This document shows positions 1 through 9,608 of a stretch of 32,000 bases of DNA, one piece after another. Position numbers and translations under genes: made by a program. The notes beneath the pieces were generated by a model that saw only the letters and a program-made list of their open reading frames with translations, searched no databases and was not told the origin of the DNA. Origin of the DNA: Allobaculum fili (GTDB taxonomy: Bacteria; Bacillota_I; Bacilli_A; Erysipelotrichales; Erysipelotrichaceae); the NCBI RefSeq assembly GCF_020969955.1, contig NZ_JAHDSX010000010.1:30001-62000 (forward strand). Direction: 5' to 3'. Every line of letters starts with the position of its first letter. Position 1 is the stretch's first letter.

Positions 1-3000
1 ATCTGAAGATCATCGAGGACAAATTCGAACAGCTGATGCAGGTCGGCGTAAAACAGTTCGCAATTCTGGCAGACGATGCCGCGGTGCCTGGCGGCAATCC
101 GCAAAACTACGTCACGCTCATGACGGATCTGACCGAATGGATCAAAACTAAGCAGTCCGAATATCCGGGTCTGAAATCCGACATGATTTTCTGCCCGGCG
201 GATTACATGGGCAACGGCTCGAGCGCGGAAATGCAGACGCTCAAGCAGCTGCCGGATTCGGTTTCCATCGTGCAGACCGGCGGCCGGATCTGGGGCGAAG
301 TCGGACCTTCGTTCAACGATCCTTTTTATGAACGAATGGGACGCCCGGCGTTCATGTGGATCAACTGGCCATGCTCCGACAATACGAAAGACGGCCTGAT
401 CATGGGCGGTGCCGAAGCGGTACTCAAGCCCAATACCAATCCAAATACGGTTAACGGCATCGTTCTGAACCCGATGCAGCAGTCGGAGCCCAGCAAGCAG
501 GGTCTGTTCACCAACGCCGATTATGCGTGGAATATCTGGAGCGACGCGGATCACTACACTCAGGTATGGAACGACTCCTTCGCCTATATCGACCATGGAA
601 CCGGTAAAGAAACCGCGGGTTCGAACGCCTATCGCGAGCTTTCCAAGCACATGAAAAACTCGAAGCAGATCGGCAACAGCGAATCCGAAGAACTCAGTCC
701 GAAGCTGGACGCTTTTAAAGCAAAGCTGACTGGAAACCAGACGATTACGGACGAAGACATCGCCGAAATCCGCGCTGAATTTGAGAAGCTGCGTGATGCC
801 GCAAGAACGTATCGCGAAGAAACCGGAAACAAACGGACGCTCTCGCAGATCATTTACTGGATTGACGCATGGGATGATACGACCAGCGCGGTGCTCGGCT
901 ATCTCGATGCCCTCAGCGCACTGAATCACGGCGAATCCACCGCGGCGGTATGGGATCATTTTGCGAGCGCCCAGAACGCCAAGACCCAGGCGGGAACCCA
1001 TGGCTTCCATTACGTGGATCATACGGAATACGCCAAGGCGGGCCGCATTCACATCACGCCGTTCATGAACGCACTGGATTCGGCGCTTTCCGCACGGATT
1101 CTTCCGCTGATCGACCCGAACCTGGATACGGCGACGTTCATTACCAGCCGTTCGGATACGCCGGAAGGATCGCTGGACAATGTGTTTGACGGCAATGCCT
1201 CGACGCAGATCGTTTTCAAAACGCCAAGCACCCTTTCTGCAGGCGACTACGTTGGTGTCATATATACCCAGCCGAAAGACATTTACGAAATTCAGTTCCT
1301 GCTCGGTCAGTCCGGCAACCTGAATGATACGTTCTCCAAAGCCAAAGTGCAGATCACCGCGGACGGTAAAACCTGGACCGATCTGAATGACACCGTGTAT
1401 ACAACGCCGCAGGAAATCCATCTGAGTGATCTCGATCTGAAGGGCGTGCGAGGAGTCCGTGTTCTTTCTACCGAAGACAAAACCAACACCTGGCTTGGCG
1501 TTCGCGACATTCGAATCAATCCGGAGCAGGGGGGGAGCAGTGAGATCGAACTGCCTTCTTCCACCTTCACGCTGGGAGACGGCTGCGCCTACTATCAGCA
1601 GAGCACGGCGGATCAGATGACGGATGGCGATACGTCCACCTTCGCCTGGATTTCAACGCCAGGCGATTACGCACCAGTCGGCCCGATCGTAACCCGTACG
1701 TTCTCGGAGGCCGTTCAGCTTAACGAAATCGTCTTTGTCAACGGCGGCGCGAAAAACGATAAGCTCACGCATTTCGCTCTGGAATACTCCGAAGACGGTA
1801 CCACATGGAAAACCGCCGGCGAGTATACCGATCCAAAACCGGAGTCGGCGCAAAGTACCTTCCGTGTAAAACTTCATGGTGCAAGCGTAAAAGCCATTCG
1901 CATTAATAACCTGGAAAGCGTCCACAAATGGCTCCAGATTGCCGAATTCAACGTCGTTCCAGGCGACGGTTCGGATTACGATACAGAACATCTGATCACC
2001 AATGCGGACAGCACCAGCGCGGTAACTTCGGAAATCGAAAACGGCCGCCAGCTGCTGACCAGCGATGGTCAGAATCTCGTCCTCAAAGCTGGGGAATACG
2101 CCGGCGTTGATCTTGGCGAGATTACGAAAATCGCGTCGCTTACGCACGGAGACCTGGGCAGCCTGTCACTGGAAGTTTCCCGCAACGGATACGAATGGGT
2201 AAGCGTTGCAGCGGATGCGTCCAGTGCAGAAGATGCCCGCTATGTACGTCTGATCAATACGACGGATGCTTCCGTTTCCGCAGATCTCAGTACGCCGCTT
2301 TCGGTAACGGTAACGAAGATCAGCGGTCCGTACCGTCTCTCGGATACGGTCGGCATTACGTCCGCCGGCTGGGCGAGCGAAGATACGCGTGACAATGGAG
2401 CGGCGTTTGACGGCGATGTGGATACCACCACCGAATTCGCCACGCTCCCCGCAAAAGGCTCCGAAATTATTTATGACCTCGGTCAGAACCGCTCGATTTC
2501 CAAACTGGAAATCGTAAACCAGGACAGCGCCGTCAACTATATCCGCGACGCGAAAATCCAGATTTCCAGCGACCTTGAAAACTGGACGGACGTTATGGAA
2601 ATCGGTGACGGTGTGGAAAACACGGATGACGCAGACGTAACGGCCAAGGATGCCGATGCCGGCTACATGGCCAGCAGCCGCTATCCGAACAAGGTTACCA
2701 AAGTCGGAACGCTCGAAACCGCGCAGGACGCCCGCTATATCCGCATTTATTTCACCGCAGGCAACGCCAGCCGGGCCGTACTGTTCAATGAAATTCTGAT
2801 CAACGACGGCGAATACAAATCCGTTCCGCATCCAGCCGTAACGGCTGCTGTGGAAGAAGCGCAAAACCACAGCGCGCTCAACATGTTCGACAGCGATCTG
2901 TCCACGTCCTACAAACCAGCCTCCAGCCAGGCCGGATCGGTACAGTATGATTTCTCCGACGAGCTCGATGCCAATACGCTGAACATCATTCAGAAAGGCA

Positions 3001-3437
3001 CTTTGAGCAATGCCACCGTTTCGGTTCGCGCGGTCAATACAGACGGCAAGATTGAATGGAAAACTCTTGGTCATCTGGTACGTTCGCTGAACACGATGGG
3101 GTCGAACGATATCGATAAGATTCTGTCCGTGAAGATCGAATGGACGGATGGAAACGCGCCGGAAATTTCGGAAATCATCCGCTTCACCAGCGAGAATCCG
3201 ACCGTGCAGAATCTGGATTATTCCCAGCTTCTTCTGGCCTGGAACAAGGCGACCGCGCAGCAGTCTTCCTTTGTGAACGGATCCGATCTGGAAGAAGCGA
3301 TCACGCAGGCGCATGAAGTCATCAACGCTGCTTCCGCTTCCCAGAACGAGATTAACGAAGCCGCCAGAGCCCTGAACAGTGCACTGCTGACGATGCGCAT
3401 TGCACCGGAAGCTGACCGCCTGAACGGTCTGAAGTAA
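1..3437 (+). CDS. GH84-family beta-N-acetylglucosaminidase (O-GlcNAcase/NagJ-like), 5'-truncated by the window edge, with several F5/8 type C (CBM32-like) modules and a C-terminal FIVAR-like helical module
   Basis: The frame is open from nt 3 back to the window edge (LKIIEDKFEQLMQVGVKQFAILADDA...), so the ATG at 36 is internal. The stop is TAA at 3435-3437. 'FAILADDA' (adjacent Asp-Asp) and 'MWINWPCSDN' resemble the GH84 catalytic DD pair and the WWNYPxxD-type strand, recalled from Clostridium perfringens NagJ. Discoidin-like modules begin with FDGN/TDGD/FDGD/FDSD-xxT motifs near nt 1175, 1615, 2400 and 2885. The C-terminal ~70 aa (nt ~3215-3434) is an Ala/Gln-rich helical repeat of FIVAR type. 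Confidence 0.85.
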   Translation, partial: LKIIEDKFEQLMQVGVKQFAILADDAAVPGGNPQNYVTLMTDLTEWIKTKQSEYPGLKSDMIFCPADYMGNGSSAEMQTLKQLPDSVSIVQTGGRIWGEVGPSFNDPFYERMGRPAFMWINWPCSDNTKDGLIMGGAEAVLKPNTNPNTVNGIVLNPMQQSEPSKQGLFTNADYAWNIWSDADHYTQVWNDSFAYIDHGTGKETAGSNAYRELSKHMKNSKQIGNSESEELSPKLDAFKAKLTGNQTITDEDIAEIRAEFEKLRDAARTYREETGNKRTLSQIIYWIDAWDDTTSAVLGYLDALSALNHGESTAAVWDHFASAQNAKTQAGTHGFHYVDHTEYAKAGRIHITPFMNALDSALSARILPLIDPNLDTATFITSRSDTPEGSLDNVFDGNASTQIVFKTPSTLSAGDYVGVIYTQPKDIYEIQFLLGQSGNLNDTFSKAKVQITADGKTWTDLNDTVYTTPQEIHLSDLDLKGVRGVRVLSTEDKTNTWLGVRDIRINPEQGGSSEIELPSSTFTLGDGCAYYQQSTADQMTDGDTSTFAWISTPGDYAPVGPIVTRTFSEAVQLNEIVFVNGGAKNDKLTHFALEYSEDGTTWKTAGEYTDPKPESAQSTFRVKLHGASVKAIRINNLESVHKWLQIAEFNVVPGDGSDYDTEHLITNADSTSAVTSEIENGRQLLTSDGQNLVLKAGEYAGVDLGEITKIASLTHGDLGSLSLEVSRNGYEWVSVAADASSAEDARYVRLINTTDASVSADLSTPLSVTVTKISGPYRLSDTVGITSAGWASEDTRDNGAAFDGDVDTTTEFATLPAKGSEIIYDLGQNRSISKLEIVNQDSAVNYIRDAKIQISSDLENWTDVMEIGDGVENTDDADVTAKDADAGYMASSRYPNKVTKVGTLETAQDARYIRIYFTAGNASRAVLFNEILINDGEYKSVPHPAVTAAVEEAQNHSALNMFDSDLSTSYKPASSQAGSVQYDFSDELDANTLNIIQKGTLSNATVSVRAVNTDGKIEWKTLGHLVRSLNTMGSNDIDKILSVKIEWTDGNAPEISEIIRFTSENPTVQNLDYSQLLLAWNKATAQQSSFVNGSDLEEAITQAHEVINAASASQNEINEAARALNSALLTMRIAPEADRLNGLK

Positions 3438-3489
3438 GACGAGTTCTTTCCAGGTCATCAGGATTCATCGTCTTTCTCAACCCATTACG

Positions 3490-3534
3490 CCGCAGTAAAC
3501 CGCAGCCATACGCTGCGGCTGCTGCGGTGTTTTT
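3490..3534 (+). terminator. Rho-independent terminator after the GH84 gene
   Basis: Nested GC-rich stems: CCGCAG (3490-3495) pairs with CTGCGG (3522-3527), and CCGCAGC (3500-3506) pairs with GCTGCGG (3512-3518). They are followed by TGTTTTT. Confidence 0.75.
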
Positions 3535-3839
3535 GCGTGCAGTCCAGATCGTTCAAAACTCGTTCGCGCGCTGTAAGCGGCTTGAAAAATGGAAAAAAAC
3601 GGTCGAAAACCGGCAGGAAAACGTATCAATCCCCGCGTATGGCCGAGGGGATTTTCGGGAATCTATGGTTTTTTTTCGATTTTCGCTAAAATGAAAACAC
3701 TGATTCCGTCCGCATCCGACAGGCGGAATCTTTGAAAAAATTACGGCTGCTCCCGACGCAAGCGATCGCAGAAAATGCGAAAGCTTCCTTGCGAAAGGCC
3801 GGGAAGAAGCCGCAAGAGAAAAGGAAAGTGGAATTACAT

Positions 3840-5195
3840 ATGAAACGAGAACAGCTGGGGTCCCGTCTGGGCTTTATCCTGCTGAGCGCCGGATGCGCGA
3901 TCGGTATTGGAAACGTCTGGAAATTCCCCTACATCGCCGGACAGAACGGCGGTGCAATTTTTATTCTGATTTACCTGTTCTTCCTCGTGGTTTTGGGCAT
4001 CCCCGTCATGACGATGGAGTTTGCGATGGGACGTGCCGCCCAGAAAAGTCCAGCCAAAATTTATAAGACGCTGGAACCGAAAGGAAGCAAGTGGCACTGG
4101 CATACCGGTTTTGCGATTGCGGGCAACTACCTGCTCATGATGTTTTATACGACCGTCGCCGGATGGATGCTGAAGTACTTTGTCGATATGTGTCTGGGCC
4201 GGTTTGAAGGTCTGGATGGCGCCGGGATCGGTGCGGCGTTTGATGCCACGCTGGCCAATGCAGGCAGCGAAGTATTTTACATGGGCGTCATTGTCGTCGC
4301 CGGTTTTCTGATCTGCATGCTCGGTCTGCAGAAAGGCCTCGAGCGCGTAACGAAAGTGATGATGATTTCGCTGCTCATCTTAATGAGCGTCCTGGCGATC
4401 AACTCCCTGTTTCTGGAAGGCGCCAACGCCGGTCTTCGCTACTATCTGCTGCCGGACTGGAACCGCTTCATGGAAATCGGACCGTGGAATGTCATCGTCG
4501 CGGCGATGAACCAGGCGTTTTTTACCCTTTCGCTCGGTATTGGTGCCATGGCGATTTTCGGCTCCTACATTAATAAGGATCGTGCCTTGCTCGGCGAATC
4601 GATCAACGTCGCCGTTCTGGATACGTTTGTCGCGATTGTTGCCGGCCTGATCATCATTCCAGCCTGCTTCGCCTATTCGGTCGATGTCAATGCCGGTCCG
4701 GGTCTGATCTTCGTCACGCTGCCCAACGTCTTTAACGCGATGCCGTTTGGCCGTCTGTGGGGCGCGCTGTTTTTCCTGTTCATGACGTTTGCAGCGTTCT
4801 CAACCGTTCTGGCGGTTTTCGAAAACATCCTTTCGAGCTGCATGGACCTGTTTGGCTGGGACCGCAAAAAAGCGTGTCTGGTCAATATGGCGGCAGTCTT
4901 CGTACTGTCGCTGCCCTGCGCTTTGGGCTGGTCGCTTCTGTCCGGCGCGGCACCGCTAGGAGCGGGAACGACCATCCTGGATTTTGAAGACTTCCTGGTT
5001 TCCAACATTTTGCTGCCTGGCGGATCGCTCATTTTCGTTCTGTTCTGCTGCACCAAGTTTGGCTGGGGCTGGAAAAACTTCCGCAAGGAAGCCAACGAAG
5101 GAAAAGGCGCCAAAGTGCCTGAGTGGCTGCACCCTTACTGCAAGTACGTTCTGCCGGTCATCATTCTGGTGATTCTGGTGATCGGTCTGATCTGA
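3840..5195 (+). CDS. Sodium-dependent transporter, neurotransmitter:sodium symporter (NSS/SNF) family
   Basis: The N-terminus MKREQLGSRLGFILLSAGCAIGIGNVWKFPY carries the NSS TM1 signature (GxGNxW[KR]FPY), and the rest is multi-pass hydrophobic. I chose the ATG at 3840 because AAAGGAAAGTGG lies just upstream. The TTG at 3732 in the ORF track would add a basic, non-conserved-looking 36-aa extension. Confidence 0.9.
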   Translation: MKREQLGSRLGFILLSAGCAIGIGNVWKFPYIAGQNGGAIFILIYLFFLVVLGIPVMTMEFAMGRAAQKSPAKIYKTLEPKGSKWHWHTGFAIAGNYLLMMFYTTVAGWMLKYFVDMCLGRFEGLDGAGIGAAFDATLANAGSEVFYMGVIVVAGFLICMLGLQKGLERVTKVMMISLLILMSVLAINSLFLEGANAGLRYYLLPDWNRFMEIGPWNVIVAAMNQAFFTLSLGIGAMAIFGSYINKDRALLGESINVAVLDTFVAIVAGLIIIPACFAYSVDVNAGPGLIFVTLPNVFNAMPFGRLWGALFFLFMTFAAFSTVLAVFENILSSCMDLFGWDRKKACLVNMAAVFVLSLPCALGWSLLSGAAPLGAGTTILDFEDFLVSNILLPGGSLIFVLFCCTKFGWGWKNFRKEANEGKGAKVPEWLHPYCKYVLPVIILVILVIGLI

Positions 5196-5238
5196 TCCTT
5201 CGCATATGTTCTGAAGCTGCTTTTTTACAAAATCATTT

Positions 5239-5273
5239 CGCCGACCGCTAACCGTATTGCGGGCGGCGTTTTT
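5239..5273 (+). terminator. Rho-independent terminator after the NSS transporter gene
   Basis: CGCCGACCGC (5239-5248) pairs with GCGGGCGGCG (5259-5268) at 9 of 10 positions, followed by TTTTT. Confidence 0.7.
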
Positions 5274-5313
5274 GTATGGCCCGAAGCGAGCGGCGCGTAT
5301 TGCGGGACATAAG

Positions 5314-5359
5314 AAAACCGCCTGCCGTAAGTTTTAAAACTTTGCTGGCAGGCGGTTTT
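5314..5359. terminator. Bidirectional terminator hairpin between convergent genes
   Basis: AAAACCGCCTGCC (5314-5326) and GGCAGGCGGTTTT (5347-5359) form a perfect GC-rich stem flanked by an A-run and a T-run, so it reads as a terminator on both strands. Confidence 0.7.
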
Positions 5360-5469
5360 GCTTCGCCGTTGGGAAAACAGGACTGAGGCGTGCCAGAGGT
5401 ATGTCTGAGGCATGCGTGTTACCGGGGCTCCGTCTGAGAGACAGGAAATAGCCGGTAAGGCGATCGGAT

Positions 5470-8400
5470 TTATTCGACCGCTTTGAGCGATTCTACCATC
5501 TGAATCTTGCGCAGACGGTATTTCATGATCCAGTTGACGAGCAGAGCGAAAAGCATGGTCAGACCGATGGAATAGACATAGGACTGCCAGAAAATCGTGC
5601 GGCCAAAGCGGATCGTATCGAGTTCGGCAAGGTTCATAATCAGATCGTGCAGGTAAATGCCCAGCAGCAGACCGACGAGTCCGCCAATGAGGGCAAGGAT
5701 TATGCTTTCGCGGTTGATGTAGGCGTTGACTTCCTTTTCGGTAAAGCCAAGGACCTTGATGGTCGCAATTTCACGCAGACGTTCGGAAATGTTGACGTTG
5801 GAAAGGTTGTAAAGTACCACGAACGCCAGCATCGCCGCCGACAGAACGAGAACGACTACGATCGACTTGATCGAGGAAATCATGTTTTCAAAGTTGTCGA
5901 TTGTCGCCGAATAGAAGGTGACGGACCGGACGCCCTCGTGCTGGAGAACGCAGCTGCCCAGCTCGCTTTCAAATTCCGGAGACGTATCGTCGTTAAGCAG
6001 CAGAATCTGCGCGTCCGGCTCTTCCTGAACATGGAGACGGTCGAACGTCTTTTGCGTTACGTAAAGCATGTGGCCGGTGTACTGTTCGAAAATGCCGGCG
6101 ATCGGAAGATCTACTTCTTCATCGTCCGCCGTTTTGAAGAGGATCGTATCGCCTTTGGACAGGTGCATTTTCTCGGCCGTCTTGACGGAAACGAGAACGC
6201 CGTCGTTTAAAGACAGACGTTCGGAACCGTCCATCGGGATAAACGTCATGAACTCTTCGAAGGCTTCAGGATCTTCGACAATATTGAGCGTGGCGGACAC
6301 ATCCTTATCGTCATAGTGAACGGTAACAGGAAGGGTTTCGAGATTGAACGTATCTTCGATGCCCTTTTCCTTTTTCAGATCGGCGGCCAGCTGCCGTCCG
6401 TCTTCTTCTTTGGCATCCACGGCAGCATCAAAGTGGTAAATCGCCTGGAACTGGCGCGGAACGATATCGCTGATGGAGTCGTTCAGACCAAAGCCGGCGA
6501 CCAGCAGGGCGGAACAGCCCGCGATGCCGATGACGGTCATGAAAAAGCGCTTCTTATAGCGGAAGAGGTTGCGCAATGTGACTTTATGCATGAACGAAAG
6601 CTTTGACCAGAACCAGCCGACGCGTTCTAACAAAATCCGCTTGCCGGCCTTTGCGGCTTTTGGCCGCATGAGCTGGGCCGGCACTTCGCGCAGTTCCTTA
6701 ATAATGGAGAAGAGCGCAGCGAGCAGCACGACGCCGGTAACGCTTAAAGACGCAAAGAGCATCAGACCCGGCTGGAAGCGGAACTGAATGGCTTCCAGGT
6801 TGTACATGATGTTCCAGGCGGAGTAGATGATCATCGGGAACACGTACATGCCGACGGCACAGCCGAGAATGCTGCCAAGAACGGAAGCGGATCCCGCGTA
6901 GAGCAGGTACTTCGCGGCGATTTGCCGGCGGGAGTAGCCAAGGGCCTTGAGGGTTCCCATTTCGTTGCGCTGCTCATCGACCATGCGCGTCATTGTCGTC
7001 ATGCAGACGAGCGCGGCGACGAGAAAGAAGAAGACAGGGAAGACGGAGGCGATGCCGTCCATGCGGTCGGCGCAGGCTTCGTAGTCTTTATAGGAATAAT
7101 GCGAGTTGCGATCGAGCACGATCCATTTGGCTTCGAGATCGTCGAGCTGCTTTTTCGCGTCCGCGATTTTGTCTTCGGCTTCTTTTTTGTTCGTATTGTA
7201 TTCGGCCAGACCGTCTTCGTATTCTTTCTGACCGCTGGCGTAATCGCTTCTGGCTTTTGCCAGATCGTTTTGGGCCTGATTGAGCTGGGCTACGCCATCG
7301 TCATACGTTTTTTGGTTTGCGGCCAGCTGCGTTTCACTCGCAGCCAGCTCATTTTGCTGGGCCGCAAGTTCCTGACGCTGTTTGACTAAGGCGTCGCGCT
7401 GTACGATGGCGCTCTGCGCCTGAGCAATTCCGTCATTTAAGGCAGTAAGAGAGGCGTTTGCGGCATCGAGCGATCCGCCAATCGAGGTGAGAATAGAACT
7501 TTTCTGCGTGTTCAGCGCAGCTAGAGCGGAAGCTGCGTCGGGCGCGCCGGGCACTGCCTGGGCCAGTACGCCCTGCAGCTGTGCCTGCAGCGCCGCAAGC
7601 TGTTCTTTTAAAGCCGGCAGCTGCGTATTTTGGGGATCGGCGCTTTCGAGCGCGGCAATCTGTTGGCTCAGCGTCTGGATACCCTGATCGAGCGATTCGA
7701 TTCCGGAAATGGCCTGATCGATGGACTGGACGCCCTGAATGGCCTGCGTGAGCGCATCTCGCCTGGCAATCAGATCGCTGGCGGTCGTATCGATGCCCTG
7801 CAGCTGAGCCAGCCCGGCATCAATCTGAGCAAGGCCGTCGGCGATCTGCTGCTTTCCGGACTGGAGCGCGCTGCGTCCCTGATCGAGCTGCGTTTTTGAA
7901 CTGGCCAGAAGCGCTTCGTTATCGGAAATCTGCTTTTCGCCATCCGCAATCTGCAGCGCGGCATCCTCGAGTTTCTTTTTCGCGTCGTCGAGCTTCTTTT
8001 TCGCATCGGCGAGCTTGTCCTGGGCTTCCTTTTCCTGGTCGTCAATTTTCTGACGCTGTTCGTCTTTCCAGAGGACGGTTCGGCTGTCGGCGAGCGTTTC
8101 GACTTCATCGACGACCGGATCGGTCAGATCGAAGTAGGCGTCGGAATACGTATCCGCTTCTTTGGCCCCGTCGACGGTCAGATCGATTTCCGTAAAGTAG
8201 TCGGCCTTGATCGCGGACTGCGGGATAAAGAAATACGTATCGACTGTACCGGAACCGATCGAAGAAGAGCCGTGTACGTAGGACAGGTAGTTTGGAGAAT
8301 AGGCTTTGCCGGTAATGGTGTAGGTGTCGTATTTGAGATCGTCGCTGACCGGCGTGTCGTTTCCGGAATACAGATGAACCGTATCCCCGATCTCAAAAGA

Positions 8401-8835
8401 CCCGAAAATGTTTCCCGTGGCGCTGTCGCCTTCCACCATGCACTCCCTGTCGTTTTGCGGCAGGCGGCCTTCGACCAGACGCGGCGTATTGATCGTCTGT
8501 CCGTCCGTATAGGAGAGGACTTTAACGGTCATTTCCCGGCTGCCTTTGCGGCAGAGATAATCGGCGGAAAACTGACCTTGCGCGTCCTTCACGCCAGGTT
8601 CCTTTTTCAGCGCCTCGAGATCCTTGTCGCTTAAGCCGACGGTGGAGTACACCTGTATATCCTGCAGGTTGTAGCGGTCAAAGTAGACGTCGGCCGAATT
8701 TTTCATATCCGGCGCGCTGGCTTTGATGCCCGCAAAAAACGAGACGCCCAGAGCGGTGATGGCCAGGATGGACAGGTAGCGCCCCAGGGAATGGCGGATT
8801 TCACGGAACAGGTCTTTCCATAGTGCGGGTGTCAT
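5470..8835 (-). CDS. ABC transporter permease, MacB/FtsX type (two FtsX domains), with a ~310-aa coiled-coil insert in the first extracytoplasmic domain
   Basis: The protein is 1121 aa. It has an N-terminal TM (LSILAITALGVSFFAGI), a large ectodomain, a three-TM FtsX-like block around aa 600-730, then a further TM, a second ectodomain and a second three-TM block at the C-terminus. Residues ~257-570 (nt ~7126-8067) are Q/A/L/D-rich heptad repeats. The start overlaps the stop of the upstream ATPase gene at 8835 by one base (ATGA-type coupling). Confidence 0.9.
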   Translation of the reverse strand: MTPALWKDLFREIRHSLGRYLSILAITALGVSFFAGIKASAPDMKNSADVYFDRYNLQDIQVYSTVGLSDKDLEALKKEPGVKDAQGQFSADYLCRKGSREMTVKVLSYTDGQTINTPRLVEGRLPQNDRECMVEGDSATGNIFGSFEIGDTVHLYSGNDTPVSDDLKYDTYTITGKAYSPNYLSYVHGSSSIGSGTVDTYFFIPQSAIKADYFTEIDLTVDGAKEADTYSDAYFDLTDPVVDEVETLADSRTVLWKDEQRQKIDDQEKEAQDKLADAKKKLDDAKKKLEDAALQIADGEKQISDNEALLASSKTQLDQGRSALQSGKQQIADGLAQIDAGLAQLQGIDTTASDLIARRDALTQAIQGVQSIDQAISGIESLDQGIQTLSQQIAALESADPQNTQLPALKEQLAALQAQLQGVLAQAVPGAPDAASALAALNTQKSSILTSIGGSLDAANASLTALNDGIAQAQSAIVQRDALVKQRQELAAQQNELAASETQLAANQKTYDDGVAQLNQAQNDLAKARSDYASGQKEYEDGLAEYNTNKKEAEDKIADAKKQLDDLEAKWIVLDRNSHYSYKDYEACADRMDGIASVFPVFFFLVAALVCMTTMTRMVDEQRNEMGTLKALGYSRRQIAAKYLLYAGSASVLGSILGCAVGMYVFPMIIYSAWNIMYNLEAIQFRFQPGLMLFASLSVTGVVLLAALFSIIKELREVPAQLMRPKAAKAGKRILLERVGWFWSKLSFMHKVTLRNLFRYKKRFFMTVIGIAGCSALLVAGFGLNDSISDIVPRQFQAIYHFDAAVDAKEEDGRQLAADLKKEKGIEDTFNLETLPVTVHYDDKDVSATLNIVEDPEAFEEFMTFIPMDGSERLSLNDGVLVSVKTAEKMHLSKGDTILFKTADDEEVDLPIAGIFEQYTGHMLYVTQKTFDRLHVQEEPDAQILLLNDDTSPEFESELGSCVLQHEGVRSVTFYSATIDNFENMISSIKSIVVVLVLSAAMLAFVVLYNLSNVNISERLREIATIKVLGFTEKEVNAYINRESIILALIGGLVGLLLGIYLHDLIMNLAELDTIRFGRTIFWQSYVYSIGLTMLFALLVNWIMKYRLRKIQMVESLKAVE

Positions 8836-9536
8836 CAGTATTCAATCTCCCGTGCGCTCATCGGATGCTCGTTGCGGGTAATGCTTTCGATTTTTCCGGA
8901 ACGCACTCGAATAATCTTGTCGCCGATCGGTGTCAGCGCCAGATTATGCGTAATGACGACGACTGTCGTCTTTTCCTTTTTACAGATGTTTTGCAGGACT
9001 TCGAGAACCTGCTTGCCCGTCTGGTAGTCCAGCGCGCCGGTCGGCTCGTCGCAAAGGAGCAGGCGCGGATTTTTCGCAATCGCGCGGGCGATTGCGACAC
9101 GCTGCTGTTCCCCGCCGGAAATCTGGGAAGGGAAGTTGTTTTCCCGGTCGAGCAGTCCGACGGATTTCAGCGTTCCGGTAATATCGAGCGGGCTTTTGGA
9201 AATCTGGGCCGCCAGTTCGACGTTTTCGCGGACGGTCAGATTCTGAATCAGGTTATAAAACTGGAAGACGAACCCGACGTCATCGCGCCGATAGAGCGTC
9301 AGCTGCTTCGAATCAAAATCACTGACGATTTTATCGCCGACGCGAATGGTTCCCGAGCTGACGGTATCCATGCCGCCAAGCAGGTTGAGAATGGTGGATT
9401 TTCCAGCCCCGCTGGCGCCGGCGATAATCACAAACTCGCCTTCTTCAATCGAAAAGCTGACGCCGTCCAGGGCATGAATGCATACTTCACCCATCTGATA
9501 GTCCTTGCGGACGTCCTTGAATTCAATAAAACTCAT
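8835..9536 (-). CDS. ABC transporter ATP-binding protein (MacB/LolD-like)
   Basis: It has Walker [10 protein letters not shown], the ABC signature [14 protein letters not shown], Walker [13 protein letters not shown], and an H-loop in VVVITHN. A strong RBS (CAGGAGGTG on the - strand, 9545-9553) precedes the ATG. Confidence 0.95.
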   Translation of the reverse strand: MSFIEFKDVRKDYQMGEVCIHALDGVSFSIEEGEFVIIAGASGAGKSTILNLLGGMDTVSSGTIRVGDKIVSDFDSKQLTLYRRDDVGFVFQFYNLIQNLTVRENVELAAQISKSPLDITGTLKSVGLLDRENNFPSQISGGEQQRVAIARAIAKNPRLLLCDEPTGALDYQTGKQVLEVLQNICKKEKTTVVVITHNLALTPIGDKIIRVRSGKIESITRNEHPMSAREIEY

Positions 9537-9592
9537 CGCAGAACACCTCCTGAAGTCTCTAAATAGGGAAGGTTAGTTATCTTTTATTATGA

Positions 9593-9608
9593 CCTGCTTT
9601 TGAGCAGG
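9593..9608. promoter_or_regulatory. Short perfect palindrome upstream of the ABC operon (candidate operator)
   Basis: The sequence is CCTGCT-TTTG-AGCAGG. On the - strand it lies directly upstream of a CATAAT -10-like hexamer (complement of 9586-9591). No good -35 was found. Confidence 0.25.

Noticed and set aside
2166-3458. A 430-aa ORF on the - strand, opposite the GH84 gene
   Set aside because: It is antisense to a well-supported multi-domain CDS, with no RBS, no motif content and an Arg/Gly-rich composition typical of shadow ORFs.
3732-3839. N-terminal extensions suggested by the ORF track: 3732 for the NSS gene, 10125 and 10957 for DegV, 12747 for the Ig-like protein, 13215 for the lipoprotein, 14495 for rpsF, 18121 for the yybS-like gene, 19294 for gdpP, 23032 for the MBL gene, and 28051 for atpA
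   Set aside because: In each case an internal ATG with a proper Shine-Dalgarno sequence yields the family-typical N-terminus. The extensions use weak starts and add non-homologous, often basic sequence, or overlap the upstream gene.
5225-5413. A 62-aa ORF on the - strand between the NSS gene and the ABC permease
   Set aside because: It runs straight through two terminator hairpins, and has no RBS and no motif.
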